A stretch of 64,000 nt of DNA from Candidatus Bathyarchaeia archaeon (GTDB lineage: Archaea; Thermoproteota; Bathyarchaeia; Bathyarchaeales; Bathycorpusculaceae): contig JBEKHN010000003.1 of the NCBI GenBank assembly GCA_050012255.1, positions 64,001 through 128,000 of the forward strand, read 5' to 3'. How positions within the stretch are numbered: position 1 is the first letter of the stretch; the number at the start of each line of letters is the position of its first letter. Shown piece by piece: positions 46,624 through 56,488 of the stretch. Position numbers and translations under genes: made by a program. The notes under the pieces are model-generated. The model worked only from the letters and a program-made list of their open reading frames with translations, searched no databases and was not told the DNA's origin.

Positions 46624-46971
46624 TTGGAGCTCGAAAAGGAAGTCCTCAAGAAGATGTTTCCAAACATGGCCAAAGAATTGGGGTCGGACGAGAACAGGGT
46701 CTCAGTCAACTCTGTTCGAACAGACAATGAGGCTGGAGAAAGACATGTCACGAGAGGAAGATTCGTTCACTACGTACCTGACGTCATAGATTTCATTCGG
46801 AGATGTGACACGCCGGAGCAGGCAGAGGAGATCATTGATTACGTGGAGAAGAGAGGCGAAATCGATGGACCGTACGCTCAGAAGCTGAAGAAGCAGCTCA
46901 AGGAGAAAGGTGTAAGAAGCTTCGGAGCAAAGAAAGAAGAGGACTACTACCTCAAACACGGAGAACTCTGA
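46624..46971 (+). CDS. DUF2095 family protein
   Basis: FPNMAKEL, YVPDVIDFIRRC, GVRSFG..KE..YY. Confidence 0.85.
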   Translation: MELEKEVLKKMFPNMAKELGSDENRVSVNSVRTDNEAGERHVTRGRFVHYVPDVIDFIRRCDTPEQAEEIIDYVEKRGEIDGPYAQKLKKQLKEKGVRSFGAKKEEDYYLKHGEL

Positions 46972-47128
46972 CAAGAAACTAACCTAGATTTCCGGTATTG
47001 GTTCTCATTGTTCCCTTCGATGGGTAAGTATATACGTGACGCACGTGGTCTATCTCCAAAAGTAAATAAATGGGCTCATCAATAGATAAGAAAGCCTGAA
47101 ACTTAAGGAATGTAGTGGAGGACAACGC

Positions 47129-48853
47129 TTGAGAAAGGCAACATTGACGTTCACAATGCTGGCTGTGGCCATGATATTTTCTGTCTCAATGTCGTTCTAC
47201 GTTAGAAACGTCAGGGCAGATGGGAGCTATGCTATACAACACATCGACCACACAGTAAGCGTCTTGTACAATGGTTACGTTCTGATGAATGATACGATAG
47301 AGTTGTCTGGGCAAGCGCCAGACAGCTTTATGCTCGGTTTCCCTTACGCGTTTGGCCCATACGTTCTCCGTTGCGTAGCCTCAGATGCTAACAACACGTC
47401 TGACACTTTCCCTGTCAGCCTGAGCGAGCCGTTGGAAGGTCACATCGGCTTCTACGGCATAAAGGTTGATTTTTCAAAGGGAGCGCCACAAAGCTTCAGC
47501 GTTCAAGTGTTGTTTTCAAACGCTCTGGTTGCGCAAGACAGTCAGAATGCCACTCTCTACGGTATGATTTTTCCAATGTTTCCGAGTCTCGTGACGACTG
47601 TTGATACTTTCAACGGTTCTATAGTCTTGCCTAGAAACGCAGTCTACCTCCAGGGAACGATCAGCGGTTTGACTTATTCACAGACGAATTTGACGGCGTT
47701 TGCGTACAACTCGTCGACGGTGACGTTTAATGTTGCTAATAAAGAAACGCAGCTTTTTGACGTGGACCAGCTAAATCGCGAGATAAGAGTAAGCGAGGTT
47801 GGCGACATAATGGGTGCGGACTCCTATTACATAACAAGCAAGGCGACAAACTCGATAAGTTCTGTCGACGTGCTTCTACCCGCGAACGCGTCTGAGGTGA
47901 ACGCGCAGGATCAATTTGGCCGAACAATGGCCCAGCCAACGCAGACTAACGCTAACACGAGCCGCTACACAATCACTTTCTCAAAAGCTGTAGACCCTAC
48001 GAAATCAAGCTGGTTCACCGTGACCTACCGCTTGCCGAGTGAAGCCTACCTTGAACAGCAAGGTGGGGTCAACAGTTTTGCTCTGGGCATGACCATGTTC
48101 CAGGACTTGGACTACTACATCAATAGGACAACGGTTTCCTTTGTTTTGCCTGAGGGTGCAAGGTTGCAGTCGTTTGAACACTCTTCGACTGATGGTTCAT
48201 ACGGTATTGGCAGGGATGTCTTCCAAGAAGAGGCAGACATAAGCATGCAGAGCACGATTTCGTTGGACAGCTTCAGTGTTAGAATAGTTTACAATTACAG
48301 CCCTTTGTGGTTGGGTTTTCACCCCACTATATGGGTTTTGGTCCTGGCTATGATCGGAAGTTTTGCTGTTGTCGTCTCGAGGAGGCCCAAAGCTCCGACA
48401 CCTATCTCCGTGCCTACAGCAGGTCTGAGGGTCCGTCCGGAATATATTAGGTCTTTCGTGGAGTCATACGAGGAGAAGATGAAGATAGTGTCTGAAATCG
48501 ATGCTCTCGAGAGCAAAGCTCAGAAAGGAAGGTTACCGAGGAGACGGTACAAAGTGCAGCGAAGAACTCTGGAAACGCGTCTCGACGCACTGTCTAGAAG
48601 CTTGACGGAAGCCAAGGAAAGGATGCGGTCGGCTGGCGGTCACTACGCAAGTTTGATGCGTGAACTCGAAGTGGCAGAGACTGGAATGAACGAATACGAA
48701 GCTAACGTCAAAACCATTGAAGCACGCCATAGCCGCGGAGAACTGTCGTTAGAAGCCTACCGAAAACTTCTGGGGGACTACCAGCGCCGAAAAGAGAGGA
48801 GTGAAGCAACCATAAAGGGCATCCTCTTGAGACTACGTGAAGAAATTCGCTAA
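47129..48853 (+). CDS. Ribophorin I (RPN1/Ost1)-like type I membrane glycoprotein
   Basis: Signal peptide, about 365-aa beta-rich ectodomain with many NxS/T sequons, one TM, about 155-aa helical tail; REIRVSEVG, LPANA...DQFG, YRLPSEAYL and LPEGA motifs. Confidence 0.7.
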   Translation: MRKATLTFTMLAVAMIFSVSMSFYVRNVRADGSYAIQHIDHTVSVLYNGYVLMNDTIELSGQAPDSFMLGFPYAFGPYVLRCVASDANNTSDTFPVSLSEPLEGHIGFYGIKVDFSKGAPQSFSVQVLFSNALVAQDSQNATLYGMIFPMFPSLVTTVDTFNGSIVLPRNAVYLQGTISGLTYSQTNLTAFAYNSSTVTFNVANKETQLFDVDQLNREIRVSEVGDIMGADSYYITSKATNSISSVDVLLPANASEVNAQDQFGRTMAQPTQTNANTSRYTITFSKAVDPTKSSWFTVTYRLPSEAYLEQQGGVNSFALGMTMFQDLDYYINRTTVSFVLPEGARLQSFEHSSTDGSYGIGRDVFQEEADISMQSTISLDSFSVRIVYNYSPLWLGFHPTIWVLVLAMIGSFAVVVSRRPKAPTPISVPTAGLRVRPEYIRSFVESYEEKMKIVSEIDALESKAQKGRLPRRRYKVQRRTLETRLDALSRSLTEAKERMRSAGGHYASLMRELEVAETGMNEYEANVKTIEARHSRGELSLEAYRKLLGDYQRRKERSEATIKGILLRLREEIR

Positions 48854-48922
48854 ATGCACCTAAACCCTTTTATTCTGCTGCCTCGCTCTCAAAGAAATTC
48901 TGACATCAGAAGGAATGGGGAA

Positions 48923-49105
48923 ATGGTGAAGATAGTGGTTGACAATGCTAAGTGCACAGGCTGTGGAACATGCATCGATACGTGTCCAGTAGCCGTCTAC
49001 GAGGTCAAAGACGGAAAATCGATTCCAGTTAAGCCTGAAGAATGTCTGGTGTGCAGAGCATGCGAAGTCCAATGCCCAGAGACTGCAATCCAAGTGATCG
49101 AGTGA
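48923..49105 (+). CDS. 2x[4Fe-4S] ferredoxin
   Basis: CTGCGTCIDTCP and CLVCRACEVQCP; start MVKIV. Confidence 0.93.
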   Translation: MVKIVVDNAKCTGCGTCIDTCPVAVYEVKDGKSIPVKPEECLVCRACEVQCPETAIQVIE

Positions 49106-49490
49106 CCGCAAGCTTTGGCTGTGAATATGCTTTTTCAAGGTGTCTAACTTAGTTTGAAGACCTTCTGTGGACTTTTTTCACTTCCTTTTTGACCTGTTCA
49201 CTTAGCTCTCTTACCCTTTTCGTGATGGGAAAACCTCCTCGTCAACGCGGGAAGGGTTGCCACTAATTCTAGCTATGGCTGCGGTAGCTGTTCTCCCCAC
49301 GCCTTTGGCAACAGTTTAACCTCATCAATCTGGGCGCCTTCAGGGTTGACAGACTGCTGGTTTCTTCTTTTTGAGAGCCGATTTCGCCTTAGTTCGCGAT
49401 AATCGCGCAAAGGTGCGGTGCCTTGTTTTTTCAGGGTGGCTTGCGCTTGAATCGGGTTTTTGCTACCTCGATGACAAGACTACGGCGATT

Positions 49491-50957
49491 CTAGTGGCGC
49501 TGCATCATCTTTTTCATGGCTGCTTGAAATGTTTCCTGCAGGTATTCTCTTAATGTGTGATGCTTCTGTTTGGCGATTTTCTTCAGACTCTGGCTTACGC
49601 CTGTGGAGTATTGTACGGCTTTCTTAGGTCTGTCCACTATTGGCTGTGGAAGTCCAAGGTTGCGTGCCAGAATTCTCAGTACAAGCTTTCTCAGCGTACC
49701 CTCTGTTGGCTGAATCTTCAGCTCAATGGGCAGGTCAACTGCGAACTTTGCGACCTGATATGTTGCAAAAGGCAGTCTCATTTCAACACCGTGAAAGTTG
49801 CAGATCTTCATGTCTCTTTCCAAGTTGCTTTTATGCATCCCGACAACGTCTCTGAAAACTGTTTCTTCTGCTTTGTCTCTTCCCTTCCGTATATAATCGT
49901 CGACGTATCGTCTGTAGCCAGCGAAAAGCTCGTCTGCGCCCTGACCTGCCAGCATCACCTTGAGTTTCATTTCTGCCGTTTTCTCTGCCACCCAGTAGAA
50001 TGGGATGCCGATGCTCGCCTTGACGGGGTCGGGTTCCTCAATCAGGCACAGGACGATCGGGAGAGCTTCAAGAACATTATCCTCGGTGAACGAGACGGAG
50101 TGAATCGGCAGTTTCAGCTCATCCGCCATCTTTTTTGCATGTTCCGTTTCAGGCTGGTTTCTCATGCTCGCGTGTACCAGTTCGACTCTCACTCCAGACT
50201 TCTTGGCAAGGAACGCAAGGATGCTGCTGTCGAGGCCTCCTGAAAACGCGACTGCCACCTCCCTTAAGCCTGCAACTCTTTCCCTCACAGCTCGTTCTAA
50301 TAGAGTTCGGAGTCTCCTCGAAGCGGCCTCCATCGTGACCTTCTTCGGCTCTGAATAAGCAAGTGTTCTTGCCGAGCTGAACTTGAAGCCGCGCTCGCCT
50401 ATTAGAGCCACATGCCCTGGAGGGAACGATTCTACGTGTTCTATTCCGATTTTCCACAGTGCCTTGCGTTCAGAAGCCAAACCTGCGGAAAGAGTGTCCT
50501 CTCCATAGTAGAGCGGGCGTACACCCAAACTGTCTCTGCCCACGATGAGCCTTTCCTGTTCAGCAACTGCAAAGGCAAAGTCGCCTTCAGTTTGCTTGAT
50601 GAATGTCTTGGCGCTTTTCTCCCGATTTCTTGGTAACCTTAGGGCAAAGACTTCTGCATCGCACTTCAGCTCGTTTGATGGAAAGATTCTGCCATCAAAA
50701 ACTAGGGTTGCGCCTTCTAGCTTCAAAGGTTGAGGTCTGTCTCGCTTGAGAATTCTGGAGAAAGCATACCCAATAGCGATCGACGATTCCATTTTTCGGT
50801 TCTGAAATTGATCCAGGGTCTTCCCCGTCTCTGTTTTTTCTCCTGAGCCTATTCCGTAAGCTTCCAGGTTGGGGGTCTTCATTGTTTTGAGCATGGTCAA
50901 TGCTGTTTCTGTTGCATCTTCGCCTTTCTTGTGAAGAACAGCTATTATCGCACCCAT
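49491..50957 (-). CDS. asnB: Asparagine synthetase B-like protein lacking the N-terminal Cys
   Basis: GDFAF, RD.LGVRPLYY, ASERKAL, FSGGLDSS, GQGADELFAGY, K.AVQYSTG; likely start MGAIIA at 50957. Confidence 0.85.
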   Translation of the reverse strand: MGAIIAVLHKKGEDATETALTMLKTMKTPNLEAYGIGSGEKTETGKTLDQFQNRKMESSIAIGYAFSRILKRDRPQPLKLEGATLVFDGRIFPSNELKCDAEVFALRLPRNREKSAKTFIKQTEGDFAFAVAEQERLIVGRDSLGVRPLYYGEDTLSAGLASERKALWKIGIEHVESFPPGHVALIGERGFKFSSARTLAYSEPKKVTMEAASRRLRTLLERAVRERVAGLREVAVAFSGGLDSSILAFLAKKSGVRVELVHASMRNQPETEHAKKMADELKLPIHSVSFTEDNVLEALPIVLCLIEEPDPVKASIGIPFYWVAEKTAEMKLKVMLAGQGADELFAGYRRYVDDYIRKGRDKAEETVFRDVVGMHKSNLERDMKICNFHGVEMRLPFATYQVAKFAVDLPIELKIQPTEGTLRKLVLRILARNLGLPQPIVDRPKKAVQYSTGVSQSLKKIAKQKHHTLREYLQETFQAAMKKMMQRH

Positions 50958-51050
50958 TCTAGAACACCTTTCCGCTCGTGTTGGTATGTAGTAGTTTGGT
51001 AAAACATTAATCTTTAATCGATGTAGTTTAGTTGCGAGGGATTTGCAGCT

Positions 51051-52417
51051 TGCCGATTCTCCCGATTGATACGGGTCGTTACGGAACAGCGGAAATGAGG
51101 AGAATTTTCGAAGAAGAGAGCCGCGTTCAAAAAATGCTCGATGTCGAAGCCGCTTTAGCATGGACGCACGCTGAGGTCGGCGACATACCGCGAAAGGACG
51201 CTGAGAAGATCGAGGCAACTGCTTCGCTGAAACATGTAAAACTGACCCGCATCAAGGAGATTGAACATGAAATAAGGCATGATGTCGCTTCGCTCGTCAG
51301 AGCTTTGGCAGAAGCCTGCGGTTCAAGCGGAGGGTATGTTCACCTTGGAGCTACGAGCTACGACATTGTGGACACGGCTAATGCTTTGCAGTTGAAGGAC
51401 GCTCTGGAATTGATCGAGAAAAAACTGGACAACTTCGAAAAAACCTTGACCGAGAAAGCTTTGCAGTACGAGCACACGTTGATGATTGGCCGAACGCATG
51501 GTCAGCACGCGTTGCCCATAACTCTGGGCTTCAAGTTCGCGGTCTGGATGCGTGAAGTTTCAAGGCACATGCAGAGGCTCAGACAGTGCAAAGGGCGCGT
51601 CTTGGTTGGAAAGATGAGCGGTGCAGTGGGCACGCAGGCCGGTCTGGGAGAGCATGCAATGAAGATTCAGGAGCTTGTCATGCAGAGACTAGGGATATGC
51701 GCCGCCGATATTTCAACGCAGATTGTGCAGCGAGATCGTCATGCTGAACTCGCATGCGTGCTGGCTTTGATTGCATCTTCGCTGGAGAATTTTGCCACTG
51801 AAATTCGAGAGTTGCAGAGGCCCGAGATCGGTGAACTCTTTGAGTACTTCGAACTTGAGAAGCAAGTTGGAAGTTCAACGATGTCTCAAAAGCGAAACCC
51901 TGAGCTGTGTGAAAGAGTCTGCGGCTTGGCTCGAATCGTGAGAAGCCTAGTCGTCCCAGCGTTAGAAGACGTTTCAACTTGGCATGAACGAGACCTAACC
52001 CAATCATCCACTGAACGCTTTCTGCTCCCAGAGACGTGTATCTTGACAGACTACGTGCTGTTCTTGATGAATAACATAGTGAGCAGCTTGCGGGTTGACG
52101 AGGAACGCATGCTCAAAAACGTAGAGGTAACTCAAGGGCGCTTCATGTCGGAGGCCATCATGATGGCGCTTACAAGAAAGGGCATGAATCGACAAGCGGC
52201 TCATGAGCTTCTCAGGAAACTGACCATAAAAAGTGAGCTTCAAAAACGATATTTCGGGGAAGTTCTTCTCGAAGACTCGACAGTAAGTCAAAAGCTGGGA
52301 AAGAGAGAGGTCGATGCAGCTTTGAACCCGAAGAACTACTTGGGCACGGCGACAAGGCAAGTCGACCTTATGGTCAAGAAGACGAAGAGAGAGCGTAAGA
52401 GCAGAGGGCAAGCATGA
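51051..52417 (+). CDS. purB: Adenylosuccinate lyase
   Basis: HLGATSYDI, GRTHGQHA, QVGSSTMSQKRNP, WHERDLT; TTG start MPILPID. Confidence 0.95.
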
Positions 52418-52832
52418 GTAAGTACCCGTATGACGCGCGTGCCTACGATGAGAGATATCGCAGAGTCGTTGAGGCTGGAGCCGAATTATGGGAGGAACCC
52501 ATGCCCACGGAGGCCCTCGTTAAATTTCTTTTCGAAAAGAAACCGTGCAAGGGTTCCAAGTAGCGTGCTGGCTTGTCCCTAAATTCGCTGATAGCGCGCG
52601 CGTAAGAGCATATACATTTTGCATATACGTTTTGCATATACGGTTGGCGAGCATTGTTGAGAACGGTGAGGCTGTTCAAGTTGGATCTGGAGCTGTGTGG
52701 GCTGTTCAAGTGCGTACGCATAATAGAGGGACAAGGCAGCGCGCGAAAACGAAGGAACAGTACTCAGAAGAGTTTGAAACGGCAGGCTTCTTAATCGTTG
52801 AAGTTAACTCGGTAGCGAAGCCTAATGGTTAG
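52414..52832 (+). pseudogene. Disrupted class I SAM-methyltransferase-like gene
   Basis: N-terminus MSKYPY..AYDERYRRV.EAGAELWEEP.P ends at TAG 52563; C-terminal-like RAKTKEQYSEEFETAGF in another frame; core missing. Confidence 0.5.
52563..52744. mobile_element. Candidate MITE-like 182-bp insert with 18-bp imperfect terminal inverted repeats
   Basis: GCGTGCTGGCTTGTCCCT ... AGGGACAAGGCAGCGCGC (16/18); internal 13-bp x3 tandem (52608..52646); no clear TSD. Confidence 0.4.
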
Positions 52833-52881
52833 TGTTGCGTGCTCTTGGCCAGAAAGGCAAAGGAAAGTTGAGCCGCGGTTG

Positions 52882-55113
52882 CTAGTACTCGGTGAGCGCT
52901 TTCTGTTTCCATTCGTCTTCTCTTTCCAGCTTTTCCCATGTTTCTTTTTTCACGAAGCCGCCAACCTGCTCCTTTATCTTCTTCGCCAGCCTGGGTCCGA
53001 TAAGCGGCAGGTTTTGGAGCTCGTTGATCGGGACGCGTTTGATGTCATCAATCGTCTTATACCCAGAGTTGAAGAGTGTGCGAGCGCGGACTCTGCCAAC
53101 TCCTTCAAGCTTCACAAGCGGCAACAGCTCTTTCTTAACTCCTTTCTCAACTCTCTGCTGTGTTTCAAGAGTTTGCGGTAAAGCCTGTTTGTTGCCGAAT
53201 AGAAGAGCCAGTTCATGTGTGGCGTGAAGCAGCCACTTCGCACTTTCAAGCGTTCTGTAGAGGTCGCCGGGCTGCACGTTGAACTTTTCGATCAACCAGT
53301 CTTCGCTCGTCTCCTCGATCCATGCCTTAAGTGTCATGGCCGTCTTGACTTCGCCGAGAAACTCTTCGTAGGATATCCTGTCTTCCCATTCGTCTGGAGG
53401 GGGTATCAGGAACTCTTCTCTGTGTTCCTCCATGAACAGTGCCACTTGGTCCATCTCGCTCGTGTAAGGTCTTAGCACGGGGCCCATGTCAGGTGTGTGA
53501 GAGATCATGTGCAGGAGGCTCACGTCTGTCAGGAATGCAGGTTTTTGGCTTAGTGCATCGCGGATTATGACAGCCGTGACTGGGTCTATGTAGAGTTCGC
53601 TGACGCGTTTTCCAAATTTTGTTGCGTTGATGTTTTCAGCGAAGACTTCAATCATCTCTTCGTCGTACAGGTACTTGAGGATCTTCGCGACTATGCTCTT
53701 GATCGCGTCTATGTCGTACTGGTAAGCGTAGAATGTCTTGCCGAAGAACTCGTAGATTCCGTTTTCGGTGTGAGCGAAGTCTGCGGCGATCGTTGCGAGC
53801 ACGTGGGACCGCATTATCCTTTCAACTGCAAGCCGCGACCAAATGCGCTCTGGTCTTGCGAGGATGTAGCTCTCAATAAGATAGTCTGCTTCGTCACTGG
53901 TCTTGGCTACGAGTATGGCTTCACCTGTCTTGTCGTATTTGGGTCTTCCAGCTCTGCCAGCCATCTGTTTATACTCTAACACGCTGATGGGATAGTAGCC
54001 GTACCCAGCCTCCCAGCGTCTGTAATCTTGGATGATAACTGTTCTGGCAGGAAGGTTCACGCCGAAAGCGAGCGTTGGCGTGGCCGTCAGCACCTTTATT
54101 TTTCCCTCTCGGAAAGAATCTTCTATTATTCTTCGATGTCCACCAGCTAAGCCCGCGTGGTGAAAGGCCGTACCACACTTGACCAGTTCGGCGAGGGATT
54201 CGCCGAGCCTTGTTCTTTCCCCCGTCGACATGATCCTTTCTGCTTCGTGTTCTAGAGAACGCTTTGCGGGTTTAGATAGCACTCCGACAACTTCACTTGC
54301 CATCCTCTTAGCAAGTGTCACGGCATTTTTCCGCGTTGACGCGAAGACCAACGCTTGGCCTCCTGTCTTGAGCGTGTTCAGTGCCAAGTTTGTGACGGCA
54401 TCTCTTGCTCTCTTTTCTATTTTCCGGGCGTCGCCGTCTTTGTATTGAATCTCCTCGTGGAGCAAGACTCCTTCCTTTAAAGCAACGGGGCGCCACTCAG
54501 TGGTGACGTGTTGTGCCTTGAGCCATCCTGCGATTTCATCCACGTTGTTTATCGTTGCGCTTAGGGCCAAGATTTGAACATCCGGGTTGACCTGCATGAG
54601 CCTCGCCAAAACAACTTCGAGAGTTGGCCCTCGCTCAGCTTCATTCAGCAGATGCACTTCGTCGGCGACCACGAGACTGATTTCGTCCATCCACTTGGCC
54701 CTGTGTCTCAGAAGCGAATCTGCCTTCTCGTTCGTGGTTATGATTATGTCATACCTCTCCAGCCAGAGGTCTGTGCTGTCAAAATCGCCCGTGCTTATGC
54801 CTATTCTGACTCTTCTTCCATCCTTCTTCGTGATCGCCGCGTATTTTCTGAATTCATCGAACTTTTCATTCGCCAAAGCCCTTAGCGGCGTCAGGTAAAC
54901 GGTCTTCCCGTTCTTCTCCAAGATGTGTTTAAGGGCGCAAAACTCGGCGACCAGAGTTTTTCCAGAAGCCGTGGGGCTTGCCAGAACGAGGTTTTTTCCT
55001 TCAAGAGCTCCAGCTCTTATAGCTTCTTCCTGCGGAGGGTAAAGTTCAACGATTCCAGACCTGATTACGAGTTCTTTAACGGTTTCTGGTATGGGTAAGT
55101 CCGTTACCTTCAC
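52882..55113 (-). CDS. hel308: Hel308/Ski2-like SF2 DNA helicase
   Basis: PTASGKT, DEVH, LSAT, FHHAGL, QMAGRAGRP, C-terminal HhH (GVGRVRAR). Confidence 0.95.
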   Translation of the reverse strand: MKVTDLPIPETVKELVIRSGIVELYPPQEEAIRAGALEGKNLVLASPTASGKTLVAEFCALKHILEKNGKTVYLTPLRALANEKFDEFRKYAAITKKDGRRVRIGISTGDFDSTDLWLERYDIIITTNEKADSLLRHRAKWMDEISLVVADEVHLLNEAERGPTLEVVLARLMQVNPDVQILALSATINNVDEIAGWLKAQHVTTEWRPVALKEGVLLHEEIQYKDGDARKIEKRARDAVTNLALNTLKTGGQALVFASTRKNAVTLAKRMASEVVGVLSKPAKRSLEHEAERIMSTGERTRLGESLAELVKCGTAFHHAGLAGGHRRIIEDSFREGKIKVLTATPTLAFGVNLPARTVIIQDYRRWEAGYGYYPISVLEYKQMAGRAGRPKYDKTGEAILVAKTSDEADYLIESYILARPERIWSRLAVERIMRSHVLATIAADFAHTENGIYEFFGKTFYAYQYDIDAIKSIVAKILKYLYDEEMIEVFAENINATKFGKRVSELYIDPVTAVIIRDALSQKPAFLTDVSLLHMISHTPDMGPVLRPYTSEMDQVALFMEEHREEFLIPPPDEWEDRISYEEFLGEVKTAMTLKAWIEETSEDWLIEKFNVQPGDLYRTLESAKWLLHATHELALLFGNKQALPQTLETQQRVEKGVKKELLPLVKLEGVGRVRARTLFNSGYKTIDDIKRVPINELQNLPLIGPRLAKKIKEQVGGFVKKETWEKLEREDEWKQKALTEY

Positions 55114-55262
55114 TCAGATGCGCCTATGTCTTCTGCTAGACACCATTAGAACTGAGACAGTTTAAAGCGTTGTGTGCGGAACGATTTCTCTTCTGGGTTA
55201 CGCTTTTCTATCAGAAACAGTGAATACTAGAAGGTGACCACGAAGGAAGAGCTGAGAAGCGT

Positions 55263-56486
55263 ATGGTTGAAAACGTTAAGGAACTGTTGAAGGCACACAA
55301 GCGGCAGAAACGTGAAGTGTACCTGGACATCGAGAACTCAAGCGCCGTCCCACCAGAAGTCGTTGATGCAATGGTGCCGTATTACGGCCGACTTGCCTAT
55401 GGAAACCCAACTTTGACGCACAAGCCGGGCTGGGAAGCGTTCGAAACGATAATGGAATCGTCGCAGAGAATAGCGTCCTTCCTCAAGTGCAAAAGTGTGG
55501 AGGAGGTAAACTTCACTCCGGGGGAAACCGAAGCCAACAACTTGGCAATAATGGGAACCGCTCTTGCGATCAGGGAAAAAGCGAGGAAGATCGTGGTTTC
55601 AGAGGTCGAGCCCATAAACGTCTTGCACGTTGTTGAGATGCTTCAGAAAAGCGGTTTCACGGCAACGAAGATTCCAGTTGACAGTGAAGGCTTCTTGAAC
55701 CTTGACAGACTGAGCGAAGCCATCGACCACGAAACTGCCCTCGTGAGCTTGTCGACGGTGAACCATGAGATAGGCACAGTTCAACCGATAAAGGAGGCAG
55801 TGGAGATAGTTCAGGACAAAAACAAGGAAACCGTCTTTCACACGGACGCTTCAGACGCGTATGGCAAGGTTCCGTTCGACGTGCAAGACCTGGACGTTGA
55901 CATGGCAACGGTCAGCAGCTACAAGATTTTGGGACCAAGAGGAATGGGCTGCTTGTACGTGAAGGAAGGTGTTGAACTGGAAAGAATCTTAGAAGGGCAG
56001 ATAGGAACGCAGAGGCTCTGGCCTGGGGTGGAGAATACGCCTTTGATCGTTGGTTTCACGAAAGCGTCTGAGCTTATTTTCCAAGATTTTGAAGAGAACC
56101 TTGGGAGAATGAAGAAGCTGCGGGATAAGCTTGTCGATGGAATAACCAGCAGAGTAGCGGACATCGAGCTTAACGGTCCCGTTGGAGCGAGGCGGGCTCC
56201 TGACAACGCGAACATAAGCTTCCTAAGATGCGAAGGAGAGGCTCTGACGATAGAGCTCAGCCTCAGCGGCGTCTACGTCTCAAGCGGAAGCGCCTGCTCC
56301 AGAAGGCTGCTGCAGCCAAGCCACGTTCTGGTTGCGATAGGCAAAAAGTTCGACCAAGCTCACGGCAGTATACTGATGAAGGTTTCGAGGGTTCACACCG
56401 AGGAAGACATAAATTATGCCTTGGAGGTAATTCCCAAGGCTGTTGATCGAATAAGAGGTATAACCGGTTCTACAGGAGCGGAATAG
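55263..56486 (+). CDS. iscS: IscS/NifS-like cysteine desulfurase, divergent
   Basis: YGNP, TEANN, NHEIGTVQP, SSYKILGPRG, SSGSACS, PSHVL. Confidence 0.8.
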   Translation: MVENVKELLKAHKRQKREVYLDIENSSAVPPEVVDAMVPYYGRLAYGNPTLTHKPGWEAFETIMESSQRIASFLKCKSVEEVNFTPGETEANNLAIMGTALAIREKARKIVVSEVEPINVLHVVEMLQKSGFTATKIPVDSEGFLNLDRLSEAIDHETALVSLSTVNHEIGTVQPIKEAVEIVQDKNKETVFHTDASDAYGKVPFDVQDLDVDMATVSSYKILGPRGMGCLYVKEGVELERILEGQIGTQRLWPGVENTPLIVGFTKASELIFQDFEENLGRMKKLRDKLVDGITSRVADIELNGPVGARRAPDNANISFLRCEGEALTIELSLSGVYVSSGSACSRRLLQPSHVLVAIGKKFDQAHGSILMKVSRVHTEEDINYALEVIPKAVDRIRGITGSTGAE

Positions 56487-56488
56487 CA

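Noticed and set aside
50958-51218. N-terminal extension of asnB in the ORF track
   Set aside because: Overlaps purB on the opposite strand and the shared promoter gap; the start at 50957 fits better
52608-52646. 13-bp tandem repeats as a CRISPR array
   Set aside because: Units are too short, there are no spacers and no cas genes
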